Shown: positions 18,328 through 28,202 of the stretch, piece by piece | Layout of the letters: each line of letters begins with the position of its first letter | How positions within the stretch are numbered: the first letter of the stretch is position 1 | DNA from: Gemmatimonadota bacterium | GTDB taxonomy: Bacteria; Gemmatimonadota; Gemmatimonadetes; Gemmatimonadales; GWC2-71-9 | Assembly (NCBI GenBank): GCA_016874005.1 | Contig: VGVQ01000004.1 | Location: 106,968 to 170,967 of the forward strand | Direction: 5' to 3' | DNA: 64,000 bases | The notes under the pieces: generated by a model | The model's input: only the letters and a program-made list of their open reading frames with translations | What the model was told of the DNA's origin: nothing | Database searches by the model: none | Position numbers and translations under genes: made by a program

Positions 18328-20106
18328 ATGCGCCTGATGGTCGCGATCGGTTTGGCCATGGCCGTGATGGCCCCGCCCCGGGCGGTTGCCCAGCGTCCGA
18401 CCTGGCCGATCGTGGTCGAGAAGAACGTCGAGGCCCGGATGCGCGACGGCGTCATTCTTCGGGCCGACCTCTACCGGCCGGACGCCCGCCGCCGTTTTCC
18501 CGCCTTGCTGCAGCGAACCCCCTACTCCAAGAACCCCGGGAGCGACGATCGGTTCCGGCGCCTGGCCGCGCGCGGGTACCTGGTGGCGGTCCAGGATACC
18601 CGGGGTCGCTACCTGTCCGACGGCGTCGCCCGGCCCCACGACGAGGGGGAAGACGGGTTCGACACCGTCGAGTGGTTGGCGGCCCTTCCGTGGGTCGACG
18701 GTCAAGTCGGGATGTTTGGTGGGAGCTATAGCGCCACCACCCAGTTGCTCGCGGCGCCGCTCCGCCCCCCGCATCTGGTCGCTCTCTTCCCCTCCGCCTC
18801 GTACGCCAGCCGGTATGACATGGTATTCCAGGGTGGTGCCTTCTACCTTGCCGACGGCCTGTCGTGGAACCTGGGCCAAGCGATGGACGCCCGCCGCCGA
18901 GCCCTCGACCCCACGGCCGACCGCGACGGCGAAATCGGACTCTCGGCGGCCGATCGGCGACTGCTCCGAACCCGCTGGCTCTTGGCCTTGCCACTGGTGG
19001 GCATGAAGGAACTCGACCTCCCCCGGTACATGCCGGGCTACTTCGAGATGCTGGCCCACCCGTCCTACGACGACTACTGGGCCACCTTCGACGTGGCGGC
19101 CCGGCATGCCCGCTTCGAGGTGCCGGCTTATCACCTGACCGGTTGGTACGACGCCCTGCTCAACGGGACCCTCGCCAATTTCACCGGGCTCAGCCGGAAC
19201 GCCGCGACCGATCGGGCCCGCCGGAGTCAGCGCCTCATCGTCGGCCCATGGACCCACGCCAGGCCTAACGCTAGTTCCACCGCGATCGACGGGGTCGACT
19301 TCGGACCGGATGCCGGGCTCGACTCGTTCGAACTGATGGTCGGATGGTTCGATCACTGGACCGGCCCGGAAAGCAGCCGCGACTTTCCCGGCCCCCCGGT
19401 TCGGATCTTCGTCATGGGGGAGAACCGGTGGCGCGACGAGCCCGCCTGGCCGCTCGAGCGGGCCCGCCCGACCGACTACTACCTCTCCGCCGTCGGTCCG
19501 GCCAACACCAGAAACGGCGGCGGCTTACTGGCCAGCGTTCCACCCGCCCGTGGAACGCCGCCCGACACCTTCAGCTACGATCCCGCCAACCCGGTGCCCA
19601 CCGGAACGAGCGGCGCCTATTCGCGCGCCCCGACCGACCAGCGGGCCCTGGAAACCCGTCCGGACGTGCTGGTGTATTCCACCGAACCGTTGTCGACGGC
19701 CGTCGAGGTAACCGGCCCGGTCACGCTCGAGGTCTGGATCGCGTCCTCGGCGAAAGACACCGATTTCACCGGCCGGCTCGTCGACGTCTATCCCGACGGC
19801 ACCGCGCGGGCCCTCACCGACGGCATTCTCCGCGCTCGCTACCGAGCGAGCAAGACCGCGCCAACGCTACTCGAGCCCGGTCGCCCCTATCGACTGACCA
19901 TCGACCTCGGCGCTACCAGCAACGTCTTTCTGCCCGGCCATCGGATTCGGCTCGAGGTATCGAGCAGCAACTTTCCTCGCTACGACCGGAACCCCAACAC
20001 CGGGGCGCCGTTCGGCCAGTCGGCCGAGACCCGCATGGCGAGTCAGACCGTCTTCCATGACGCGGACCGGCCCTCGCGACTCATCCTCCCCGTGGTGCCG
20101 CGATGA
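18328..20106 (+). CDS. CocE/NonD family hydrolase (S15 X-Pro dipeptidyl-peptidase-like), secreted
   Basis: The signal peptide MRLMVAIGLAMAVMAPPRAVAQ starts at the in-frame ATG 18328; the track ORF starts at TTG 18298. The serine nucleophile block is GGSYSATTQ, and a C-terminal CocE-type beta-domain is present. Confidence 0.85.
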   Translation: MRLMVAIGLAMAVMAPPRAVAQRPTWPIVVEKNVEARMRDGVILRADLYRPDARRRFPALLQRTPYSKNPGSDDRFRRLAARGYLVAVQDTRGRYLSDGVARPHDEGEDGFDTVEWLAALPWVDGQVGMFGGSYSATTQLLAAPLRPPHLVALFPSASYASRYDMVFQGGAFYLADGLSWNLGQAMDARRRALDPTADRDGEIGLSAADRRLLRTRWLLALPLVGMKELDLPRYMPGYFEMLAHPSYDDYWATFDVAARHARFEVPAYHLTGWYDALLNGTLANFTGLSRNAATDRARRSQRLIVGPWTHARPNASSTAIDGVDFGPDAGLDSFELMVGWFDHWTGPESSRDFPGPPVRIFVMGENRWRDEPAWPLERARPTDYYLSAVGPANTRNGGGLLASVPPARGTPPDTFSYDPANPVPTGTSGAYSRAPTDQRALETRPDVLVYSTEPLSTAVEVTGPVTLEVWIASSAKDTDFTGRLVDVYPDGTARALTDGILRARYRASKTAPTLLEPGRPYRLTIDLGATSNVFLPGHRIRLEVSSSNFPRYDRNPNTGAPFGQSAETRMASQTVFHDADRPSRLILPVVPR

Positions 20107-20200
20107 CCCGCGCGGCGCTGGACTCCCCCTTCCAGCGACCGTAGCTTGGTCGATACCCCCGTTCCGTCCCGACATCCCGATCCGACCGGAGCCGTTGCCG

Positions 20201-22219
20201 ATGCCGCAGTCGAGCCTCTCGCGTTGCTGGGCCGCGTTATCCCTCGCGGTACTCGTCCTCCTGGGCTGTCGGGCGCCGGGCCCCTCAGCCGAGCCCGAGG
20301 CGGCCATCCCCAACCCCCACCCGCTCGATCCCCTCACCGCGACGGAGTACGCCCGAGCGGTGAGCCTGCTCCGCGAGGCCGGCCACGTCGACGACAGCTC
20401 CCGGTTCGTGACAGTAGAACTCCGTGATCCGGACAAAGCCGAGGTCCTCGCCTGGCGGGCGGGTCAGCCCTTCGGCCGGAACGCCTTCGCCGTCGTCAAG
20501 GCGGGGGCCCGAACGTTCGAGGCGGTGATCGACCTCGGGGTGGGCCGAGTGACTTCCTGGAACGAAATCGTTGGGGTCCAGCCGACCGTCCTCGGTGAGG
20601 AAATGGCAGCCGTCGGCGAGATCCTCGGCGCCGATCCGAGGTTCGTGGCCGCACTCGGCGCTCGGGGCTTCAAGATCGACGGGGTGCTCTGCGCTCCCTG
20701 GAGCCTCGGCAACTACGGGATTGCCGCCCACCGGGGCCGGCGATTGCTCAAGAGCGGCTGCTTCGTGATTGGGGCGGGAGGCAGTCCGTTCAACCGACCC
20801 ATCGAAGGCCTGTGGGCCGTGGTCGACCTCAACACCCGCGAAGTGATCGAGATTCACGACGAGGCGGTGATCCCGGTCTCCACCGCTCCGGCGGCGATCG
20901 ACGCGGCCTCGATCGGATCGCGCCGAGCCCCGCTCAAGCCGGTCCTCGTCCACCGTCCCGACGGGTCGAACGTCACGGTTCGGGGCCACCAGGTCGAATG
21001 GGACAACTGGGCCTTCCACTACCGCATGGAAAAGCGCTCCGGCCTGGTGGTGTCGGGTGTGTCGTACCGCGACGGCGACGAGCCCCGCTCGGTGCTCTAT
21101 CAAGGCGCTCTGTCCGAGTTGTTCGTCCCCTACATGGATCCGCACGGCGCCTGGTTCTCCCGGACGTTCATGGATCTCGGTGAGTACGGCCTCGGCGCCA
21201 GCGCGACGCCGCTCGCCGCTGGTGTCGACTGTCCCGAGTCGGCCTTGCTGCTCGATGCGCTGATCCCGGATGACCGAGGCGCCCCAGTGACGATGGCCGG
21301 CGCGGTCTGCATCTTCGAGCGGAACCCAGGCGACCCGGCGTGGCGCCACTACGACAACATCCTCCAGACCGGGTTCGAGGGCCGCCGCGCGGTAGAGCTG
21401 GTGGTCCGGATGATCGCGACGGTCGGGAACTACGACTACTACCTCGACTGGGTCTTTACCCAGGACGGGCGGATCCGAATCCGGATCGGAGCGTCCGGTT
21501 ACGACGGCCTCAAGGGGGTGCTGACTCGGTCGATGAGCGACTCGACCGCCGCGAGAGATACCCGATATGGCACCCTGGTGGCCCCGGGGCTGGTGGCGAT
21601 CAACCACGATCACTTCTTCAGCCTCAGGCTCGACCTGGACGTCGCCGGCCCCCGCAACAGCCTTTCGGTCGACCGGCTCGCGATGAAGGACTTCGAGGGC
21701 CCCAGGAGCGGGTGGCTGGTGGAATCGCAGCGGGCCCGGACCGAGCGAGAGGGAATGCTCGACTACAGCCTGGCCAAGCCGGCGCACTGGCGAGTCATCA
21801 ATCCGAGCGCCGTCGGCCCGCTCGGCCACCCGCCGGGATACCTGGTTCATCCCGGGAACAGCGTGGCCTACAGCATGCTCCACCCCGACGACCCGGCCGG
21901 GCGGCGCGCCGGTTTCACCCGCCATCAACTCTGGGTGACGCCCCGTGTCGCCGAGGAGCGATATGCCGCCGGCATGTACGTGAATCAGAGCGAGGGAGGG
22001 CTCGGCCTGCCGGCCTGGACTGCCGCGAACCGATCGGTCGACGACACCGACATCGTGCTCTGGTACACCGCCGGCTTCCACCACGTGCCGCGGACCGAGG
22101 ACTATCCGATCATGCCGAGCGCCTGGCACGAGGTGGTGCTGTCGCCGTTCAACTTCTTCGGCCGCAATCCGGCGCTCGACCTCCCGGCCGGGTGGAGACC
22201 CTCGGCGGGAGCCCGATAG
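20201..22219 (+). CDS. copper-containing primary amine oxidase (topaquinone enzyme), lipoprotein
   Basis: Lipobox LVLLGC. The TPQ consensus is present as VGNYDYYLDW (N-Y-D-Y), and a His-ligand region as INHDHFF. The start is taken at ATG 20201. Confidence 0.88.
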   Translation: MPQSSLSRCWAALSLAVLVLLGCRAPGPSAEPEAAIPNPHPLDPLTATEYARAVSLLREAGHVDDSSRFVTVELRDPDKAEVLAWRAGQPFGRNAFAVVKAGARTFEAVIDLGVGRVTSWNEIVGVQPTVLGEEMAAVGEILGADPRFVAALGARGFKIDGVLCAPWSLGNYGIAAHRGRRLLKSGCFVIGAGGSPFNRPIEGLWAVVDLNTREVIEIHDEAVIPVSTAPAAIDAASIGSRRAPLKPVLVHRPDGSNVTVRGHQVEWDNWAFHYRMEKRSGLVVSGVSYRDGDEPRSVLYQGALSELFVPYMDPHGAWFSRTFMDLGEYGLGASATPLAAGVDCPESALLLDALIPDDRGAPVTMAGAVCIFERNPGDPAWRHYDNILQTGFEGRRAVELVVRMIATVGNYDYYLDWVFTQDGRIRIRIGASGYDGLKGVLTRSMSDSTAARDTRYGTLVAPGLVAINHDHFFSLRLDLDVAGPRNSLSVDRLAMKDFEGPRSGWLVESQRARTEREGMLDYSLAKPAHWRVINPSAVGPLGHPPGYLVHPGNSVAYSMLHPDDPAGRRAGFTRHQLWVTPRVAEERYAAGMYVNQSEGGLGLPAWTAANRSVDDTDIVLWYTAGFHHVPRTEDYPIMPSAWHEVVLSPFNFFGRNPALDLPAGWRPSAGAR

Positions 22220-22221
22220 CG

Positions 22222-23943
22222 ATGGCCCGCCGATTCCCGACCCGGCGCGAGTTCGGACGCTCCCTGGCGGGCATCGCAGCCATCGGTTGGCCCCGGAGGC
22301 GGCAGGATCAGGCCGCTGACCTGATCTTGCACGGCGGCGACATCCACGTCGTCGACCGGAACGCCCGCCGGGTCGAGGCGATCGCGGTGGGCGGCGGGCG
22401 GGTGCTCGCGCTGGGAACGACGGCGGATGTTAGGCGATCGAGCGGCTCCCGGACCCAGGTCATCGACCTGCGGGGCCGGACCGTGTTGCCCGGTGCCAAC
22501 GATACCCATCTGCACGCGCTTCTCTGGGGGTACGGTCAGCCGCCCTTCACGGTCGACGTCTCCGCTCCGGCCGTTCGGTCGATCGGGGAGATCGCCGAAC
22601 GGGTCCGTCAGGCGGCCGCCGCCAGGGCGCCGGGCCAGTGGATCCGGGGCAACGGATGGGATCAGCGCTACTTCGCGGAGGGGCGGGCGCCGACCCGGGA
22701 GGACCTCGACCGGGCCGCGCCGGATCATCCGGTGGCGCTGAACGAGTTCTCTTTCCACGCGGTGTGGGCGAACAGCCGAGCGCTCGCCCTGGCCGGGATC
22801 ACTCGGGAGACCGTGCCGCCAACCGGTGGCGTGATCGTCAAGGACGCCGCTGGGGAGCCGACTGGCGTACTGCTGGAAGACGCCACCGCCCTGATCTACC
22901 GGGCGATTCCGCCGTACTCCGCGGCCGAACGACGCCAGGGTTTCGCCAACGCCGCCAGGCTGATGGCGTCGAATGGGATCACCAGCTTCACCGATCCTCT
23001 GCTCGATCCCGAGACCCTGGAGGTGTACCTCGAAGCGGCGGCGGCCGGGACGCTCCGGGCCCGACTGACCGGCCTGCTCGCGGTGGGCGACACGGTGGCG
23101 GAACTCGAAGCGGCGTTAGGCAATCATCGACCGCCCGCTGGCGCCGATCCCCGGTGGGTTCGGATCGCCGGCGTCAAGATCGTGGCCGACGGGATCCCCA
23201 CCAACAACAAGACCGCCTGGCTCCACCGGCCCTATCAGGGCGGAGGAAACGGGGTCCTGCTGGTAGGCGAGGGCTCCGACCGGGAGCGAGTAGCCGAGCT
23301 CACCGCGATGATCCAGGTGGCCCACGACGCCGGGTGGCAGATCGGGACCCACGCGACCGGCGACCGGACCATCGACGTGACCGTGGAAGGGTACGCGCGG
23401 GCGCTGGCGCGCCGTCCCGATCGGGGCCGCCGCCACTACCTGATTCACGCCGACCTGGTCTCGCCAACCACTCTCCGTCGGATGGCCCGGCTCGGCGTCG
23501 GGGCCAACTTCAACGCCACCATCAAGTACCTGATCGCCGACGGTCAGGTCTCGAGCATCGGGGCGACCCGGGCCGGCTACGAGTGGCCCTATCGGACCGC
23601 GCTCGCCGCGGGCGTCGCGGTGACGACCGGATCGGACGCGCCGGTCACCGACGGGAACTGGCGCCAAGGCATCGCCACCTGTGTCACGCGGCTCGGCAAG
23701 CAGTCGGGGCGGGTCTCGGGGCCCGACGAGCGGATCACCCTCGATCAGGCAATTCGGTCCCACACGGCCGCGGGGGCCTGGCAGGACCGGGCCGAAACCT
23801 GGAAGGGCTCGCTCGAGCTCGGGATGGCCGCCGATCTCGTGGTGCTGGGCGGGCGTATCGGCGAGGCGGAGCCCGCGGCGATCGGCGAGTTGCCGGTCGA
23901 CCTGACGATAGTCGACGGGTCGGTCGTGTTCGAACGGGGCTAG
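22222..23943 (+). CDS. amidohydrolase family 3 protein with a Tat-like signal
   Basis: It starts 2 nt after the amine oxidase stop. The N-terminus is MARRFPTRREFGRSLAGIAAIG, and NDTHLHAL is the metal-binding HxH. Only the C-terminal two-thirds of track ORF 21340..23943 is real. Confidence 0.85.
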   Translation: MARRFPTRREFGRSLAGIAAIGWPRRRQDQAADLILHGGDIHVVDRNARRVEAIAVGGGRVLALGTTADVRRSSGSRTQVIDLRGRTVLPGANDTHLHALLWGYGQPPFTVDVSAPAVRSIGEIAERVRQAAAARAPGQWIRGNGWDQRYFAEGRAPTREDLDRAAPDHPVALNEFSFHAVWANSRALALAGITRETVPPTGGVIVKDAAGEPTGVLLEDATALIYRAIPPYSAAERRQGFANAARLMASNGITSFTDPLLDPETLEVYLEAAAAGTLRARLTGLLAVGDTVAELEAALGNHRPPAGADPRWVRIAGVKIVADGIPTNNKTAWLHRPYQGGGNGVLLVGEGSDRERVAELTAMIQVAHDAGWQIGTHATGDRTIDVTVEGYARALARRPDRGRRHYLIHADLVSPTTLRRMARLGVGANFNATIKYLIADGQVSSIGATRAGYEWPYRTALAAGVAVTTGSDAPVTDGNWRQGIATCVTRLGKQSGRVSGPDERITLDQAIRSHTAAGAWQDRAETWKGSLELGMAADLVVLGGRIGEAEPAAIGELPVDLTIVDGSVVFERG

Positions 23944-24132
23944 CCGGTCGCGAGTAAGTGGCCCAGGCCCTGCCGATGGGATGATCTTCGTGCCCTCGGC
24001 GGGCGGGATCAGTCACCCACCCCAAGGGTTTACCGAGGCACCTGACCCGCCTTTGAGTCGATCGGAGTTCGGGGGCGCGAACAAGTGCCATGATGGCATG
24101 AGCCCAGGCCACCTCTCACCAGGAGCAACGAC

Positions 24133-24618
24133 ATGCTGCACCGAAACGTACTCGCCCTCGTGGCAGTAGCCGCGCTGACCGGCGCCTGGCTCTTCGCGCC
24201 GACGAGCCCAACCCTGTCGGCAGCGGACCTCGCCGAGATTCAGAGCCTGTACGCCCGTTACAACTGGGCCCTTGACGAGGGAGATGCCGAAGGATGGGCC
24301 TCGACCTTCACCACGGACGGCGTGTTCGCGATCGAGGACCAGGGCGCGGCCGGGATCAGCGCCGGCCACGACGCGATCGTCAAGTTCGCGCACGGGTTCC
24401 GCGCCAGCATCGGGAAGCACGTCAAACACTGGAATACCAATTTGGAACTCACCCCGACCGCGACCGGTGCACGCGGTCGGGTCTATCTGATTCTGGTCGA
24501 CTTCGGCACCAAGCCCGCGTCGATCGCCACCTCGGCGACCTACGCCGACGAACTGGTGAAATCCGCCCAGGGGTGGCGATTCACCAAGCGCGCGGTCAAG
24601 GGCGACCGCGTCCCCTAG
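24133..24618 (+). CDS. secreted SnoaL-like / NTF2 family protein
   Basis: 161 aa with SD AGGAG and a signal peptide. The SnoaL_4-type pattern is AEIQSLYARYNWALDEGDAEGWASTFTTDGVF. Confidence 0.7.
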   Translation: MLHRNVLALVAVAALTGAWLFAPTSPTLSAADLAEIQSLYARYNWALDEGDAEGWASTFTTDGVFAIEDQGAAGISAGHDAIVKFAHGFRASIGKHVKHWNTNLELTPTATGARGRVYLILVDFGTKPASIATSATYADELVKSAQGWRFTKRAVKGDRVP

Positions 24619-24666
24619 ACGGGGTCACTTCCAGATCCGAGATCGCCTTCCCAAAACGAGGGGAAC

Positions 24667-27303
24667 TCAAGAAGGTGGCGCGCCAGACCTTCGAGGGGAA
24701 CTCGGCTGATCGAACCAGTTGAGGACCAGGTGGATCACCAGGCCGGTCTCGGCGCCCTGGGGCCGAACCATCATGAAGTGTTGACCGTCGGGCGCCACGT
24801 CGTAGTAGGCGTGGTAGACGTTCGACTCGTAGCGCCCGCCAAACAAAGCCCGCGCCTGTCCCACCACTGGCTCCGCCCCGAACGCCACCGGGATGGCATA
24901 GAGCGAGTCGCCACGGCGGAAGAAGAGCTCCCTTCCACTTCTCGACCACCGCGGCTCGGTGGCGCCACCGGTCGTGACCGGCCAGGTGGGACTTTCGGCC
25001 GCGGTCCGGCGGAGGTAGACCTCGTCGGCGCCGCTGGCGTTGGAGACGTAGGCGAAATATTTCCCGTCGGGCGCGATGGCGATGGCCCGTTCATCGAGGG
25101 GTGAACCGAGCAGGGTCTCGGCCTTCGTCAGGCTGTCGGCCGGCGCCTGGTAAATGTCTCGGTTGGTTGTCGGGTTATCGTCCCGGAACAGCATGGTTCG
25201 ACCGTCCGGGGTCAGCTCCATCTCCCAGATGTTGCGGGGCCAGGCCAGGAGCGACTCGGCCACCGCGCTCCCGTCGGAGCGGACTCGCCCGATCCCGCCG
25301 TTGCCGGCCACGAGCCGGGAGTAGTAGACGTGGCGGCCGTCCGGGGACCAGACCGGGTGGGCGCCTAACGAATCGAACGTGAGCCGCGACAGCTGACGGG
25401 TGCCGAGATCCCAGACCCAGATGTCGCCCCGGGCGCCTCGGACCGTGGCTCCTATCGCCATCCGGCGGCCATCAGGGGAGAACCGAGGATGGCGCCACAC
25501 CGCCGGCGGGACGGGGACCGCCTCCACCCGTCCGTCCCGACCCACCAGCACCAACTCTCGGGGCCCGGCGGAGCGGAGGTATGCCACGGTTCCGTTCGGC
25601 GCAACGGAGGCGATGGTCGTGAGGAGGTTGAGGGCAACGCCCTCGGCGATCCGTTCCGGCTCCCCGCTCACCGCGAAGGTCCGGGGATCGAAGCCGACCC
25701 GGAACAGCCTGCCGCCCCCGTCGACGTAGGCCAACCAGCGGCCGCGGACGACGAAACCCACCCGCCCGGGGAGGGCCAGCCGGTTGACCCGGCGGTCGGC
25801 CACGGTGACGACGGTCAGGAACGACTCGCCCCCGGCCCATCGGGCCGTCGTGACGACGGCACGGCCGTCGGGGGTCCACGACGGCGCCGCGTGGTACGCG
25901 ATCCTGGCGGAGGGATCGGGCGCGGCCAGGACTTCCGGCGTCCCACCCGAGGCGCGCGCCAGGTACAGCTTGCCTCCCATCGAAAGCGCCAGGCGGCCAT
26001 CGGCATGCCACGCGCCGCCCGCGAAATCCTCGACCGGCAAGATCTCGATCGGCTGGCCGCCTCCGGCGAGCGCCACCTTCCACAACTTTCCGCGGGCCGC
26101 GAACGCCAGCATCGTTCCGTCCGGGGAAAAAAACGGAAAGGTGGCCCTGTCCGTATCGGGGATCGGGGTCGGCGTCTCCTGATCGAGTCGCCGAATGAAC
26201 AGCTGGAAGGTGCCACGCTCTCCCAGCCCGTAGTAGGCCACCGTTTTCCCATCCGCCGAGAGCGCGATGTTGTTGGCGCCGGCGACCGGTCGTCCCACGC
26301 CTGGTGTCACCAGCGGAAACCGCACGGTCGGTGGGGGGGCGGCGGCGGGTCGAAGCCAGGCCCAGGCCGCGATGCCGGTCGCGACGAGGGCGATCGCCCA
26401 GGGTAGCAGCGTCCCGGTTCGAGACCGGGACCCCGGACCCCCGGGGCCCGCCGGCCGCCGCGTCGTGGTTGGGCCGTCTTCGCCAATGGCCCGGGCAAAC
26501 TCGGCCGCGGTGGCGAACCGATCGGCCGGGAGCTTCTCCAGGGCGGTCAGCACCGCGTCCTCGACTCCGGGCGGCACCCGGTCGCGCCGCGCGATGATCC
26601 CCCCCGGCTTCTCGCTCAGGACCTTCGCCACGATCGCCTGGGCGGTCGGTCCGGTGAAGGGCGGCTCTCCCAACAGCATCTCGTAGAGGACGCAACCGAG
26701 AGCGTAGACGTCGGAGCGAGCGGTGATCTCCCGCTCCCCCATCGCCTGCTCGGGGCTCATGTAGTGGGGGGTGCCGAGACTCATCCCGGTCTCGGTCATC
26801 CGGGAACCGCCCGCCTTGCTGGCCGCGAGCGCGATCCCGAAGTCCGCCACCAAGGCACTGCCGTCATGGAGGAGGATGTTCTCGGGCTTGATATCCCGGT
26901 GGATCACGCCATGACGGTGGGCGTAGTCGAGCGCCGAGGCGACTTCCGCGGCGATCCGAATGGCGTCGGCGACGGGAAGCTGCTTCTCGCGGCTGAGGCG
27001 GTCGCGGACGGTTTCACCGGAGACGAACGGCATCACGTAGAAGAGGAGCCCGTCGGCGATGCCCGAATCGAACAGGGGAAGGATGTGGGGGTGTTGGAGG
27101 GCGGCCGTGGTGCGGATCTCGGCCAGGAAGCGTTCCGCCCCGATCGCCGCGGCGAGCTCGGGACGGAGGACCTTCACCGCCACCCGTCGGTCGTGCTTGA
27201 GATCCTCGGCCAGGTAGACGGTCGCCATCCCGCCGGCGCCCAGCTCGCGCTCGATCCGATAGCGGTCAGCCAGCGCCGCGGTGAGTTGGGGGATCCCGCT
27301 CAC
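24667..27303 (-). CDS. Ser/Thr protein kinase with one TM helix and a periplasmic PD40/TolB-like beta-propeller
   Basis: Hanks motifs are present (VAVKVL, HRDIKPENILL, DFGIA, GTPHYMSPEQ). The TM helix is LLPWAIALVATGIAAWAWL. About 550 aa of repeated SPDG/APDG propeller blades follow. Confidence 0.9.
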   Translation of the reverse strand: MSGIPQLTAALADRYRIERELGAGGMATVYLAEDLKHDRRVAVKVLRPELAAAIGAERFLAEIRTTAALQHPHILPLFDSGIADGLLFYVMPFVSGETVRDRLSREKQLPVADAIRIAAEVASALDYAHRHGVIHRDIKPENILLHDGSALVADFGIALAASKAGGSRMTETGMSLGTPHYMSPEQAMGEREITARSDVYALGCVLYEMLLGEPPFTGPTAQAIVAKVLSEKPGGIIARRDRVPPGVEDAVLTALEKLPADRFATAAEFARAIGEDGPTTTRRPAGPGGPGSRSRTGTLLPWAIALVATGIAAWAWLRPAAAPPPTVRFPLVTPGVGRPVAGANNIALSADGKTVAYYGLGERGTFQLFIRRLDQETPTPIPDTDRATFPFFSPDGTMLAFAARGKLWKVALAGGGQPIEILPVEDFAGGAWHADGRLALSMGGKLYLARASGGTPEVLAAPDPSARIAYHAAPSWTPDGRAVVTTARWAGGESFLTVVTVADRRVNRLALPGRVGFVVRGRWLAYVDGGGRLFRVGFDPRTFAVSGEPERIAEGVALNLLTTIASVAPNGTVAYLRSAGPRELVLVGRDGRVEAVPVPPAVWRHPRFSPDGRRMAIGATVRGARGDIWVWDLGTRQLSRLTFDSLGAHPVWSPDGRHVYYSRLVAGNGGIGRVRSDGSAVAESLLAWPRNIWEMELTPDGRTMLFRDDNPTTNRDIYQAPADSLTKAETLLGSPLDERAIAIAPDGKYFAYVSNASGADEVYLRRTAAESPTWPVTTGGATEPRWSRSGRELFFRRGDSLYAIPVAFGAEPVVGQARALFGGRYESNVYHAYYDVAPDGQHFMMVRPQGAETGLVIHLVLNWFDQPSSPRRSGAPPS

Positions 27304-27523
27304 GCCATACCCAAGAGACCTGACCGTTGAGGAGTGGAGGCCGTGGGAACGGCGACCGAGTGAACCTATCGCCGCGGTGCCAAGGCCGCCACCCGAGAGA
27401 CCGGGTCTTGGTGAGAACCGCTTCCAAACTCGGCGCCAGGGATTTGGCGAACAGGTAGAGCAGGCGGCCGGAAGCGTCGTGCCATAATGCGATTACTGCG
27501 ATACCCTGGGGTCGACGGTTCCG

Positions 27524-28201
27524 CTACCCGTGGGGCAACGCCACCCTGGCCCCGGGCTTCGGCACCAGCACCCGCACCCCCTTCGGCGCGAACCGGGTCA
27601 CGTCCTGGGCGATCGGGGGCCAGGTGTCATAGTGGATCGGGATCGCGACCTTGGCGCCAATCCACTCCGCCGCGCGGGTGGCCAACTCGGCGCCCATGGT
27701 GAACCGGTCGCCGATCGGGATCATCGCGACGTCGGGGCGATAGAGCTCGCCCATCAGTTTGAGATCGCTGAAGAGCCCGGTGTCCCCGCAGTGGTAGACG
27801 GTGGTGCCCTCGAGGTGCACCACCACACCCATCGGCTGGCCCAGGTAGCGTCCGCCCGAGGAGGACGAGTGGAAGGCCGGGGTGAAGGCCACCCAGCCCC
27901 AGGGCGCCGCGATCTTGCCGCCAACGTTGCCGGGCTCGGTGCGCTCGACCCCCTGCTCGCCGAGGTAGGTACAGATCTCCCACGAGCCGAAGACGGTGGC
28001 GCCGGTTCGCTTGGCGATGGCCGCCGTGTCGCCCAGGTGGTCGTCGTGGCCGTGGGTGACCGCGATGGCGTGACAGGTCACCGCGTCGGCCCCGAAGGGT
28101 GCGACTGGGTTGCCGGTGAGGAAGGGATCGATCGCGACGGTGGCGGAGCGGCCATGGAGGAGAAAGCCCGAGTGGCCGAGCCAGGTGAGTTCGAGGGACA
28201 T
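27524..28201 (-). CDS. metal-dependent hydrolase, UPF0173 / MBL-fold family
   Basis: 225 aa with HGHDDHLGD (HxHxDH). Its start is 1 nt from the upstream gene's stop. Confidence 0.85.
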   Translation of the reverse strand: MSLELTWLGHSGFLLHGRSATVAIDPFLTGNPVAPFGADAVTCHAIAVTHGHDDHLGDTAAIAKRTGATVFGSWEICTYLGEQGVERTEPGNVGGKIAAPWGWVAFTPAFHSSSSGGRYLGQPMGVVVHLEGTTVYHCGDTGLFSDLKLMGELYRPDVAMIPIGDRFTMGAELATRAAEWIGAKVAIPIHYDTWPPIAQDVTRFAPKGVRVLVPKPGARVALPHG

Positions 28202-28202
28202 G

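Noticed and set aside
20285-22129. 614-aa minus-strand ORF opposite the amine oxidase, and the 5' part of 21340..23943
   Set aside because: These are antisense or shifted-frame reads of the copper amine oxidase gene with low-complexity Arg/Pro/Gly composition.
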